DNA of 64,000 bases from an uncultured Acidimicrobiales bacterium. GTDB taxonomy: Bacteria; Actinomycetota; Acidimicrobiia; Acidimicrobiales; UBA10347. The notes beneath the pieces are model-generated. The model was not told the DNA's origin. It did no database searches and was given only the letters and a program-made list of their open reading frames with translations. The stretch is taken from positions 62,001-126,000 of the forward strand of contig CALSSD010000012.1 of assembly GCA_943788915.1 (NCBI GenBank), read 5' to 3'. The position numbers were made by a program, and so were the translations under genes. The number at the start of each line of letters is the position of its first letter. Within the stretch, counting starts at the first letter, position 1. Below, piece by piece: positions 29,093 through 38,065 of this stretch.

Positions 29093-29923
29093 CTACAGCG
29101 TCGTTCGGGCCGTTTGTGCGCCGTCGTACACGATTTTGCGGAGCGCTTCGGAAGACCTTGCGTGGTATTCCATGATCGCTGGATCCAGGTCAGTGGTGGG
29201 CCGAGGCGCATGGTCAAAATGATTGTGCACGTCGGTACCACGAACGAGGGCTGCGCTATCCCAATCGGCCAGCGTTTGCCGAGTGTGAGTGGGCATGTAG
29301 TGCAGCGATAGACCGATGCGGCGATCCTTGGTGCTGTTTGTTCCCGAGCCGTGAGCTGTCCCAATGTTGTGAAACGACACCTGACCAGGTCGCAGCGGCA
29401 TGGCGACGATGTTGGCTGAGTTGATGTCGTAAATGTGCTGGCCGCGAGTCAGGAGATTGTCCTCGTCGTAGGTTTCATCGTGGGTCATGTCGACCTGGTG
29501 GCTCCCCGGAAGCACACTCATGCATCCTGCCTCTTCACTGGCGTCGGCAAGCGCCACCCAGACACTGACAAGTTCTCGGTTGTCCAATCCCCAATAGGCC
29601 GCATCCTGGTGCCAACCGACGAAACTTTCCGCTCCGGGTTCCTTGATCCAGAAGATCGCATTCCAACACAGAATGTCGGGGCCGATCAGATCTTCGACCA
29701 TGTCGACAAGTGTGGGATGACGCATGATCTCGTCGACCCAGCTGAATGGCAGATAGGCCCGTGAGCGTTCGGCGCGACCGGACAGGGGACCGTGGTTGGC
29801 TTCGAACGCCTCGAGGTTGGCCCGCGCCGCTGCGACCTGGTCGGCGCTCAGCAAATCAAGTGGTGAAAGCCAGCCATCAGCGTGATAGTTGGCGATCTGC
29901 TCAGGTTCCAGTGCAAGAGGCAT
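29093..29923 (-). CDS. phytanoyl-CoA dioxygenase (PhyH) family Fe/2OG enzyme
   Basis: WHQD..YW, VWVAL, PGSH and HGSG.N...RR motifs. Confidence 0.92.
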   Translation of the reverse strand: MPLALEPEQIANYHADGWLSPLDLLSADQVAAARANLEAFEANHGPLSGRAERSRAYLPFSWVDEIMRHPTLVDMVEDLIGPDILCWNAIFWIKEPGAESFVGWHQDAAYWGLDNRELVSVWVALADASEEAGCMSVLPGSHQVDMTHDETYDEDNLLTRGQHIYDINSANIVAMPLRPGQVSFHNIGTAHGSGTNSTKDRRIGLSLHYMPTHTRQTLADWDSAALVRGTDVHNHFDHAPRPTTDLDPAIMEYHARSSEALRKIVYDGAQTARTTL

Positions 29924-29984
29924 CTACCTACTTTGCCATGATCTGCATCTACGAATGTGACTCGTGACGTGTTAGGAAGAAGTC

Positions 29985-30998
29985 ATGCGACTTGGTTTGG
30001 CACTGGGGTTTGAAGACTCGCTCGAAATGATCGTGGACCTGGCGGGCAGGGGAGAGGCAGCCGGTTTCGATTCGATGTACGTGGTCGAAGCAGGACGTAG
30101 CGCGAGTGTTCCTGCTGCGGCGGTGATTGGAGCGACGACCGACTGTCGTGTCGGAACCTATGTCGTCAACGCCTACGCCCGAGAGCCGTGGCTCACTGGC
30201 ATGGTGGCTCGTGACCTCGACGAGCTCAGCGGCGGCAGATTCGTGCTGGGAGTCGGGACTGGAAACAAACACTTCAATGAGTGGTACATGGGCGCGGACA
30301 TGTCGGGGCCGATCGCCAAGATGCGCGACTTCGTCACGATCGTGCGGGCAGTTGCTGCAGGAAAACGGGGCGAAGCAGTGCGGCACAACGGAAGCAACCA
30401 CAGCATCCGATGGCGAGCATCGTTTGAGCCAACGAGCTCGAGTATCCCGGTCTACCTGTCGGCATCTGGCCCGAACATGGTCAAGCTCGCCGGTGAGGTG
30501 TCTGACGGGGTAGGGGTCGGCATCATGTCGTCGGTCGAGTTCTTGCGCGACATCGTGCGCCCAAACGCTCAAGCAGCGGCTGAAGCCGTAGGGCGAAGTG
30601 CCGACGAAATAGCGTTTCCGATGGCTGCCATGGTCAGCGTGAACGAGGATGTCGACAAAGCCCGCGACGCGGTGAAGAAGTCCATCTGCGAACTTTTCCA
30701 TCCCGTGCCGCACCCGTACTATGACTCGCAGTTACGACAGCTCGGGTTCACCGAGTTCGCGGACCAGGCTGCTGAACTGATGCCTAAGGGCGAGCTGCGC
30801 GAAGCAATGGCGCTCGTGCCAGACGAGGTCGTCGACACGATGACCATCACCGGTTCGGTGAGTGACTGCCTTGATCGCCTGGCCGACTACGAGGGGTTTG
30901 CCGACGAGGTCATCGCCTTCCGTATCGCACAACCTGGCGAGCCCAAAGGCATAGCGGCATTCGAGGATCTATTCGCCCTCGCAGCTGCGAACAGCTAG
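29985..30998 (+). CDS. LLM-class (probably F420-dependent) oxidoreductase
   Basis: AAGFDS, LDELSGGRF.LG.G and GPNM..LAGEV.DG motifs. Confidence 0.88.
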   Translation: MRLGLALGFEDSLEMIVDLAGRGEAAGFDSMYVVEAGRSASVPAAAVIGATTDCRVGTYVVNAYAREPWLTGMVARDLDELSGGRFVLGVGTGNKHFNEWYMGADMSGPIAKMRDFVTIVRAVAAGKRGEAVRHNGSNHSIRWRASFEPTSSSIPVYLSASGPNMVKLAGEVSDGVGVGIMSSVEFLRDIVRPNAQAAAEAVGRSADEIAFPMAAMVSVNEDVDKARDAVKKSICELFHPVPHPYYDSQLRQLGFTEFADQAAELMPKGELREAMALVPDEVVDTMTITGSVSDCLDRLADYEGFADEVIAFRIAQPGEPKGIAAFEDLFALAAANS

Positions 30999-31006
30999 AA
31001 CGAAAT

Positions 31007-31039
31007 GTTGACACCCACGTTCATGAAGCGAGTGTCAAC
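31007..31039. terminator. inverted repeat between convergent genes
   Basis: GTTGACAC-N17-GTGTCAAC. Confidence 0.4.
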
Positions 31040-31058
31040 CCTTCGATGACGGTGTTCG

Positions 31059-31421
31059 CTAGCGATCGCCTCGGCCGCCAGAGCGGTCAGGTTTGCCAGT
31101 AGTTATGTTCTCGGAGCTGCCTCGTTGGCCGCTGCTTCGTCGATCGGAGCGGTTGAGCTTCTTCGATCCGGCTTTGGCGCTGTCTGGCAGATCGTCGTGG
31201 GGCAGGACACTCTCGACCTCGATTGAGTTTCCGTCGACAAGCGGCTTCAAGGTCGGGGCCATTTTGCCCATCACTCGATCTTGAATTTCCTGCTGGGCTT
31301 CGAGTTCGGTGATGCCGGGGCCGAATCGCAGGATGCGGACGATGTGCATGCTGCCATTGGTCTCGACGAGAGCCGTTGGTCCGTCCTCGCCATGTTGGTC
31401 GAGTAACCAATACTTGCGCAT
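31059..31421 (-). CDS. hypothetical protein with basic disordered tail
   Basis: GAAGGA RBS; coding-like ORF filling the gap; no family recognised. Confidence 0.6.
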   Translation of the reverse strand: MRKYWLLDQHGEDGPTALVETNGSMHIVRILRFGPGITELEAQQEIQDRVMGKMAPTLKPLVDGNSIEVESVLPHDDLPDSAKAGSKKLNRSDRRSSGQRGSSENITTGKPDRSGGRGDR

Positions 31422-31523
31422 GATCAGTTGTCCTTCACCTTGTAGGTGTTGTAAACGGTACAGCGGCACACGTCGATGCAGCCGGGTGTCGGGCTATTGT
31501 CCGGTCGACGCAAGGAACCGACC

Positions 31524-32035
31524 GTGACTCATGTGAACCAGATAGCCGACACCCTGCAAAGCGGGCCATCGCAGTATTGCGAGCGCTGCTTGAGCCGTTC
31601 GATCACGACACGTTGGCTCTGCGACCGGCGCCAGGCGAATGGTGCCCACTCGAAGTGATCGGCCATCTCATCGCGTGCGACTCAGATGCGTTTCGCAACC
31701 GGATCGAGGCCATCGTTGCCGGTGAGCCCGAAATTGCCAGCTTCGATGCATGGAAAGCAATCAACGCACGAGATTTCGCAGCAGAGCCATTCGATGTGTT
31801 GTTGGACGAACTGGCGGCTGAGCGGGCCACCTCGGCTGAGTTCTTGCGCAGTCTTACGCCATCGGACCTGGCGAAGTCGGCGTCTTATCACGAAGGGCGC
31901 ATCTTCGAAGCGAACGATTTCGTGCACGAGTGGCCATTTCATGATCAAGACCATCTCCAGCAGATCCTGGCAGCGCTCAAGTTGACCTACCTGCCGTACA
32001 TGACGTCGACCATGCGCCATGCGTTGGCCGGCTGA
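31524..32035 (+). CDS. DinB family protein; frameshift near 31568
   Basis: RPAPGEWC..EVIGHL and HD..HL.QI motifs; AAGGA RBS before the GTG at 31524, which is in a different frame. Confidence 0.82.
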
Positions 32036-32070
32036 GCGAAGAGATCTCGGGGCCGCAGTGCTGATGGCCC

Positions 32071-32931
32071 CTAGAGCTGTCGATTGGCCTTCGATGCTCC
32101 TGAGTCGAGGAAGTCGGCGACGATGTCGGCCAATTCTTTGGCCCGGGTGAACAAGAACAGATGGCCACCACCTTCGACAACGTGCAGCCGGGCATCAGGA
32201 ATGCGGGAGGCCAGGATCCGGGCGTTGACGAGTCGAACGATCGGGTCGTCGTCACCGGCCAGCACCAAGGAGCGGTGGGGGAGACGATGCAGCCAAGGGA
32301 GGCTGGACCAACGCTGGATGGCGCTCAATTGATGGATGTAGCCAACCGTGCTGGGTGGTCGGGCAGCGCGTTGTCGTGCATGTTCATCGAGTAGATCGGG
32401 ATTGTCGCGAATTGCTCCGCCGTACAACGTGGGCGCTACTCGCTTGAGGTACTCGGGTGAGTAGTAACGCATTGGCGACATCAGCGTCGCTACCGCTGCG
32501 GGTCGCCCCGGCACGCTGGTAACACCCGGCATGGTCGCCGTGAGAATCAGTCGCCGGACCATGCCGGGCTGGCGATGGGCGAACTCTTGTGCAAGTGCAC
32601 CGCCCCAGCTCAGTCCGAGGACGTCGACCCGGGAGTGACCCAACTCGTCGACGAGGCCGGCAACGGTGCCAGCGAGTTTGCGCATGGAATACGGCAGAAT
32701 CGGTGTGGGGCTTCCACCCACGCCAGGCGCGTCGAACGCGATGGTTTCCCGATCAGAGAAATGCTGGCGGAACGGATCGAAGAGGTCGCCGGTCGCACCA
32801 ATGCCATTAATGAGGAGCAGTGGTTGACCAGCACCGGGGTTCTCGACGGTGACCCGCAGTCGTTGTGTGCCGACCGAGACCATGGTCGACTTTGTTTTCA
32901 CTGTCGTTTGTCCAGGCACGTTGTTAGTCAA
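32071..32931 (-). CDS. phaZ: intracellular poly(3-hydroxyalkanoate) depolymerase-like alpha/beta hydrolase
   Basis: PLLLINGIGA, FDAPGVGGS, GLSWGGALAQ.FA, GDDDPI..L.N and GHLFL, as in Pseudomonas PhaZ; directly downstream of phaC. Confidence 0.85.
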   Translation of the reverse strand: MTNNVPGQTTVKTKSTMVSVGTQRLRVTVENPGAGQPLLLINGIGATGDLFDPFRQHFSDRETIAFDAPGVGGSPTPILPYSMRKLAGTVAGLVDELGHSRVDVLGLSWGGALAQEFAHRQPGMVRRLILTATMPGVTSVPGRPAAVATLMSPMRYYSPEYLKRVAPTLYGGAIRDNPDLLDEHARQRAARPPSTVGYIHQLSAIQRWSSLPWLHRLPHRSLVLAGDDDPIVRLVNARILASRIPDARLHVVEGGGHLFLFTRAKELADIVADFLDSGASKANRQL

Positions 32932-32955
32932 TCACTCCAATCGTTGGACCGTGTG

Positions 32956-34647
32956 TTAGTTGAGGACGTAGGAGCCGGGCGCTGGCATGATCGGCGGGTG
33001 AGCCTTGCTGCCGAGCTTGGTTGGGGCGTTGACTTTACGGCCGCCCTGCGGCGTGAGCCACTTCGTCCAATGGTCCCACCAGCTGCCAGCGTGTTCGACG
33101 GCATTCTCGCGCCACTCGGTGGCTGTCTCAGCGACGTCAGGGTTGGTGTAGTACTTGCCCTTTGGATTGCCGGCTGGATTGACGAGCGCTTGGATGTGAC
33201 CCTGTGAACTCAACACGAATTCGGAATCACCGCCGAGCAGCTTGACCGTCTCGTAACACGCTTCCCATGGTGTGATGTGATCGGTCACTGCGCCAACCAC
33301 GAAACTTGGGCAGTCGATCGCACCTAGGTCGATGGGTGTGTCGAGGACCTCGACACCGTCTGCGTGGGTCATGGCATTGGTGATGGCGATGTCCATGAAG
33401 TCGGCGTGGAGAGCTGCCGGAAGATTCGTTGAGTCGCCATTCCACGCGAGCACGTCGAACGCTGGTGGGTTGCGGCCCATGAGGTAGTTGTTGACGACGT
33501 AGTTCCATACCAGGTCGTTAGGGCGGAGCCAGGCGAAGATCTTGTTGAGGTCGTCGCCCTTGAGCACACCTTGCTGCTGGCTGCGACGTTTGGCGGCTTC
33601 GGTCACCGGCCGCGAGATCATCGTGCCCATCGTGGAAGGCACGTCCCAGTCGATGATCGTGACCAGGAAGCTGGCGGAGCTGACACGCTTGTCACCGGTA
33701 GAAGCGAAATGGCCAAGGAGAGCGGCCTGGGTGATTCCACCAGCGCAGACGCCGAGCATGTTCACGTCCTTGGCTCCGGTGATCTCGAGTGTGGCATCGA
33801 TGGCTTCGATGATGGCGGCACAGTAGGTATCGAGATTCCAGTCGCGTTGCTCGGGACCAGGATTGCGCCAGCTGATGGCGAAGGTCTGGTGTCCAGCACC
33901 CACGAGATGCTCAAACAAGCTGCGGCCGGGGGCAAGGTCAAGGATGTAGTACTTGTTGATCTGTGGTGGCACAACGACGATCGGGCGTTGAAACACCTTG
34001 GTGGTGGTTGGTGCGTACTGGATCAGCTCGAGGACTTCGTTGCGGAAGATCACGCTGCCTTCGGTGGCAGCCACAGAATCGCCGGGGGTGAATGGCCGAG
34101 AGTCGACCATCGACGGCATGCCGCCGTTCTCGCGTACATCGTGGGCAAAGTGGCGCAACCCATCGCGCAAGCTTTGCCCCTTGGTGCGGCGGGCTTCGCG
34201 AAGAGCAGCCGGGTTACCGAGCAACGTGTTCGTAGGCGCGACTGCATCGGTGACCAGATCAGCCAGGAACTCGGTGCGCAACCGGCTCTTCTCGTCGATA
34301 TCAAGATCAGCGACCAGGCCGTGTACCTGTTCATCCATCGCGAGATAGGACTGAGCGAGGCGTTTGTACACGGCGTTTTCTTGAAAGGCTTCGTCGGTGA
34401 ATCGGCGGTCTTTCGGGCCAGGTTCGATGGTTGAGGTGCCAGCCAAGACCTTGGCCTGCTCGGTAAGAAGTTGTGCGGCTCGGCGGGCAACAACCTGGGG
34501 TTGTTTCGCCAGCGTCTGGGCGAATCGGGTGGCGGCTGAGAACGCCTGTGCAGGTTGCAAGCCAACCGGCACGGTCGCGGTGATGGCATCTACCGTCGCC
34601 GAGATTAGTTCGCGATCGGTCTGTTGCTCTGGTGACTTGTTACTCAT
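32956..34647 (-). CDS. phaC: PHA synthase, class II-like
   Basis: DRRF, PPQINKYYILDL, SWRNP, GVCAGG (catalytic Cys), FAWLRPNDLVWNY, DHITPW, GHIQ and GSWW motifs. Confidence 0.93.
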   Translation of the reverse strand: MSNKSPEQQTDRELISATVDAITATVPVGLQPAQAFSAATRFAQTLAKQPQVVARRAAQLLTEQAKVLAGTSTIEPGPKDRRFTDEAFQENAVYKRLAQSYLAMDEQVHGLVADLDIDEKSRLRTEFLADLVTDAVAPTNTLLGNPAALREARRTKGQSLRDGLRHFAHDVRENGGMPSMVDSRPFTPGDSVAATEGSVIFRNEVLELIQYAPTTTKVFQRPIVVVPPQINKYYILDLAPGRSLFEHLVGAGHQTFAISWRNPGPEQRDWNLDTYCAAIIEAIDATLEITGAKDVNMLGVCAGGITQAALLGHFASTGDKRVSSASFLVTIIDWDVPSTMGTMISRPVTEAAKRRSQQQGVLKGDDLNKIFAWLRPNDLVWNYVVNNYLMGRNPPAFDVLAWNGDSTNLPAALHADFMDIAITNAMTHADGVEVLDTPIDLGAIDCPSFVVGAVTDHITPWEACYETVKLLGGDSEFVLSSQGHIQALVNPAGNPKGKYYTNPDVAETATEWRENAVEHAGSWWDHWTKWLTPQGGRKVNAPTKLGSKAHPPIMPAPGSYVLN

Positions 34648-34681
34648 GGTTCCTCGTTCGGACCTAGGTTCAACTTTGCAC

Positions 34682-34725
34682 ACTTTAATCATTTTTGCAC
34701 AACAATGTCAATATTGCATTTGACA
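34682..34725. promoter_or_regulatory. divergent phaC/TetR promoter with palindromic back-to-back -35 boxes
   Basis: AT-rich segment; TGTCAA-N8-TTGACA at 34706-34725; minus strand reads TTGACA-18nt-TAAAGT. Confidence 0.65.
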
Positions 34726-34755
34726 CACAGAATTGAGGTTGCTACACCATCAGTG

Positions 34756-35394
34756 ATGACAGTCACTCAAACGACCGATGGGTATCCTGCGAAACGTCGG
34801 CGAACCCGGCGCCGACTCCTGCGCGCTGGGCTGACGCGGTTGGCCGACCAGGGGCCGGCCGGGATGTCGGCGGGTGGAATAGCGTCGGCTGCCGGCGTCG
34901 CAACCGGCACGTTCTACAACCATTTCCCGACCGTCGAGGACTTCTACGCAGCGCTGGCTCAAGATGTCGTCCGGGGGATCGAGATTGGCCAGACGATCCT
35001 CACCGACATCGAGAACGACCCTGCGGTGCGGGTGGCCATTGGTGCTCTGCAACTGCTTCGTATGGCCGACGCTGACCCCGCGGCGGCCTCGGCCTTCGTC
35101 ACGCTCGTCGCAAGTCGTCCTGACTTCCGAGGTCGAGTGCGGGCACTGATCAGCGACGCCATTATCGACGGTGTCGAGGCCGACCGATTCGACGTCAAGG
35201 CTGGCAACGCGTCAACCGATGCAATTCTCGGAGCTGTCTTGCAGTCAATGCGTTCGGTGATTCTCGGCGAAGCTACCTATGTCGAAGCAATGAGCGTCGC
35301 CAGTCTGATGCTGAGACTCCTTGGTGTCGTTCCTGGACAGATTGAATCGATCATCGAGCGAGCGGTATCGGTTACCGCTGAAGCAGATCTGTAG
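34756..35394 (+). CDS. TetR/AcrR family regulator
   Basis: IASAAGVATGTFYNHF helix-turn-helix. Confidence 0.92.
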   Translation: MTVTQTTDGYPAKRRRTRRRLLRAGLTRLADQGPAGMSAGGIASAAGVATGTFYNHFPTVEDFYAALAQDVVRGIEIGQTILTDIENDPAVRVAIGALQLLRMADADPAAASAFVTLVASRPDFRGRVRALISDAIIDGVEADRFDVKAGNASTDAILGAVLQSMRSVILGEATYVEAMSVASLMLRLLGVVPGQIESIIERAVSVTAEADL

Positions 35395-35480
35395 CGACTC
35401 TGCAACAGCCGAGCGTTGCGTTCCCTGGACTCTTGTGACAGGTATGGCCCATACTGAATGGACATTCAAGAGGGGCCCAC

Positions 35481-36542
35481 GTGAGCGACACCATCGAATC
35501 GATCAAAACCATCTCTGGTCCGGCTGCCTGGTACGGCCGTGATCTCCAAGACGATGACGGCTGGGTCGAGTTGTTGACCGACACCGAAATTGCAGAACTC
35601 ATGACAGCGCTCGCCGCTGTCGAGTCAGCTGGCACTGCGATGCTTGCCATGACAACCGAGGACTTCCAGCTGCCACTACTGGGTGCCCGGCTGGAGGCGC
35701 TGGCCCAGGAACTCGATCGAGGCCGGGGCTTTTGGCTTCTGCGTGGTCTACCGATCGATGATCTGACCGAACGTCAAGCTGCGTTCATCTACTGGGGTAT
35801 GGGTCTGCACATGGGTGTGCCCGTTTCACAGAATGCCAGGGGTCATCTGCTTGGTCATGTGGTGGACGAGGGTCTCGACTTCAAGACCGACAACGGGGTG
35901 CGCGGCTACCAGACTCGACTGCGTCTGCCCTATCACACCGACAGTTCCGACGTTGTTGGTCTCCTGTGTCTGAAACCCGCGAAGAGTGGGGGACTGAGTT
36001 CGGTCGCATCGACGACCAGTACTTTCAACGAAGTCGTGAAACGACGACCTGACCTGGCCCATCTGTGGTTCAACCAGTGGTACTACGACCGGCGCAACGA
36101 GGAACGACCGGGCGAGAAGCCGTTCTTCACCACACCGCTCGCTCATCTCGACGACGGTGTGTTGTCCATCCGGTATGTGCGGTCCTTCCTCGAATCGGCC
36201 CAGCGCCACGACGAGGTACCGCAGCACACAACACAAGAGACCGAGTTTCTTGACCTGGTCGATGAGATCTCGCACGAAGACGGACACGCGCTGCACATGG
36301 ACTTCCGCCCAGGCGATATCCAATTCGTATGTAATTACACAACGTTCCACTCGCGAACCAAGTACGAGGACTTCGACGAACCTGCGGAGAAGCGGCATCT
36401 GTTGCGACTGTGGTTGGCGTTACACCAAGCCCGCCCAATCCCCGACGACTTCGGCCGTGGCAGTAACAACGGCAGCGGCGGGCGCGGCGGAATCGCCGCC
36501 GTCCCTGACCGGGCCGAACCCATGGCAGGCACCTACCCCTAG
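35481..36542 (+). CDS. TauD/TfdA (clavaminate synthase-like) Fe/2OG dioxygenase
   Basis: GRGF.LLRG, YHTD, GDIQF.CN..TFHSR and RHLLRLW motifs. Confidence 0.9.
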   Translation: MSDTIESIKTISGPAAWYGRDLQDDDGWVELLTDTEIAELMTALAAVESAGTAMLAMTTEDFQLPLLGARLEALAQELDRGRGFWLLRGLPIDDLTERQAAFIYWGMGLHMGVPVSQNARGHLLGHVVDEGLDFKTDNGVRGYQTRLRLPYHTDSSDVVGLLCLKPAKSGGLSSVASTTSTFNEVVKRRPDLAHLWFNQWYYDRRNEERPGEKPFFTTPLAHLDDGVLSIRYVRSFLESAQRHDEVPQHTTQETEFLDLVDEISHEDGHALHMDFRPGDIQFVCNYTTFHSRTKYEDFDEPAEKRHLLRLWLALHQARPIPDDFGRGSNNGSGGRGGIAAVPDRAEPMAGTYP

Positions 36543-36552
36543 GGTCTCTTCC

Positions 36553-36596
36553 CGTCACCGAGGGTCAGACCCCGCGTCACCGGGGGTCAGACCCTG
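36553..36596. repeat. 22-bp tandem repeat with GGGTCAGACCC palindrome (REP-like)
   Basis: CGTCACCG(A/G)GGGTCAGACCC(C/T)G x2 between convergent genes. Confidence 0.85.
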
Positions 36597-36638
36597 CATG
36601 ACGTGTGGCGAGACATGTTGCAGTAGAAGAAAGCGAAT

Positions 36639-37740
36639 TCAGTTGAACTCGATAATCGACCGGCCGAGAACCTTGCCGTCTTCGAGCATCTTGGTGGCTT
36701 CGTTGATCTCGTCGAGACCGACTCGCGAGGTCACCAGAGCGTCGAGGTCGAGGTCGCCGTTTGCATACCATGACAAGAACATGGGTATGTCCTCTTCGGG
36801 CACTGCGGTGCCGCCGAGCGTGCCGACGATCTTGCGTTCGCTGATGAGTAACTCCACGGCCGGTAGATCAAACGAGCCCTGAGGGACGCCGACCACGACC
36901 ACGGTGCCGCCAGCATGTACCGCCAGTCGACTATTGCGGGTCGAACGGAACGCTTGTAGGAAGGTCTCGGGTCGGGCGACCACATCGAACGCGAAGTCCA
37001 CGCCCGCGATTGGAGCGCCTCTGAAGCCATGCCCCTCGATGGAACCGAGTGTCAACTCCCGTACGGCTTCGATGGGGTCAGTCTCCCGGCCATTCACGGT
37101 GTGAGTAGCTCCAAAATGGCGAGCAAGTTCGAGCTTCTCGTCGTCGACATCGACGGCGATAATCGGGTTCGCTCCCATCATGCGGGCTGCGGCAATCGCG
37201 TTGAGTCCGACGCCACCGACGCCCCACACGGCCACGCTCTGACCGCGTCTCAACACCAGCGGCCCGGATCACCGCTCCGGCACCAGTCAGGACAGCGCAA
37301 CCAACAATTGAGGTCACGTCGGTCGGAGTGTCGGGCGCAACCTTGATCACGTACTGGTCATCGACCAGAGTGTGATCTGACCAGGTGAAGATGTTGGGCG
37401 ACATCGCTCGACTGCCATCGCTGAGTTCGACCGACGAGATACCGGGCTGTCGATTCGTCGTTCGCAGGTCACGTGGCTGGAAGGTGAGCAGCACTCGGTC
37501 GCCCGGGACGACATGGTCGACGAGTTCACCAACAGCGAGCACTTCGCCGGTGGCTTCGTGTCCGAGCACGACGTTGCTTCTGCGTGGACTGTGCATTTGG
37601 TGGAGCTGGCTATGGCAGATTCCGCTTGCAAATTCCTTGACGAGAACCTCGTGGCCGACAGGAGCCGGCAGTTCAATCGTCTCTATGCGAAGCGGGCCTG
37701 GTTCTTGTGGCAATACGGCGATGCGGGTTTCTGTCGACAT
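36639..37740 (-). CDS. zinc-dependent (MDR) alcohol dehydrogenase; +1 frameshift near 37254
   Basis: GICHS, LGHE, VGCAVLTG.GAV and GVGGVGL motifs split over two frames. Confidence 0.88.
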
Positions 37741-38065
37741 GTGGCCAGTCTGCGCGTGCGGCCCTGCCTGAAGCAAACGGAAGCGAGGTCCATGACGCAA
37801 CCGGCAGCCCGTCCGCAGCGAAACGAAGGGGGATCGGGGACGCGGAATGTCAGTCGCGTTGACGAGCGCTGGACCACGGTCTATGCGCTCCGTTGGCGAC
37901 CAGGCCTCTTGCGCTGTTCGGTCCTCAAGCAACATTCGACGGACTGCACGACCCAGACGTGCACGCTGCGGCAGCCTTCCCGACGTTGGATCTAGCGTCC
38001 GTCTTCAGGTAGCGCCCAGCCGCCGTGCCGTTCGCGTCGACCTCCGCGAGTAGCGTCGCCAAGGT

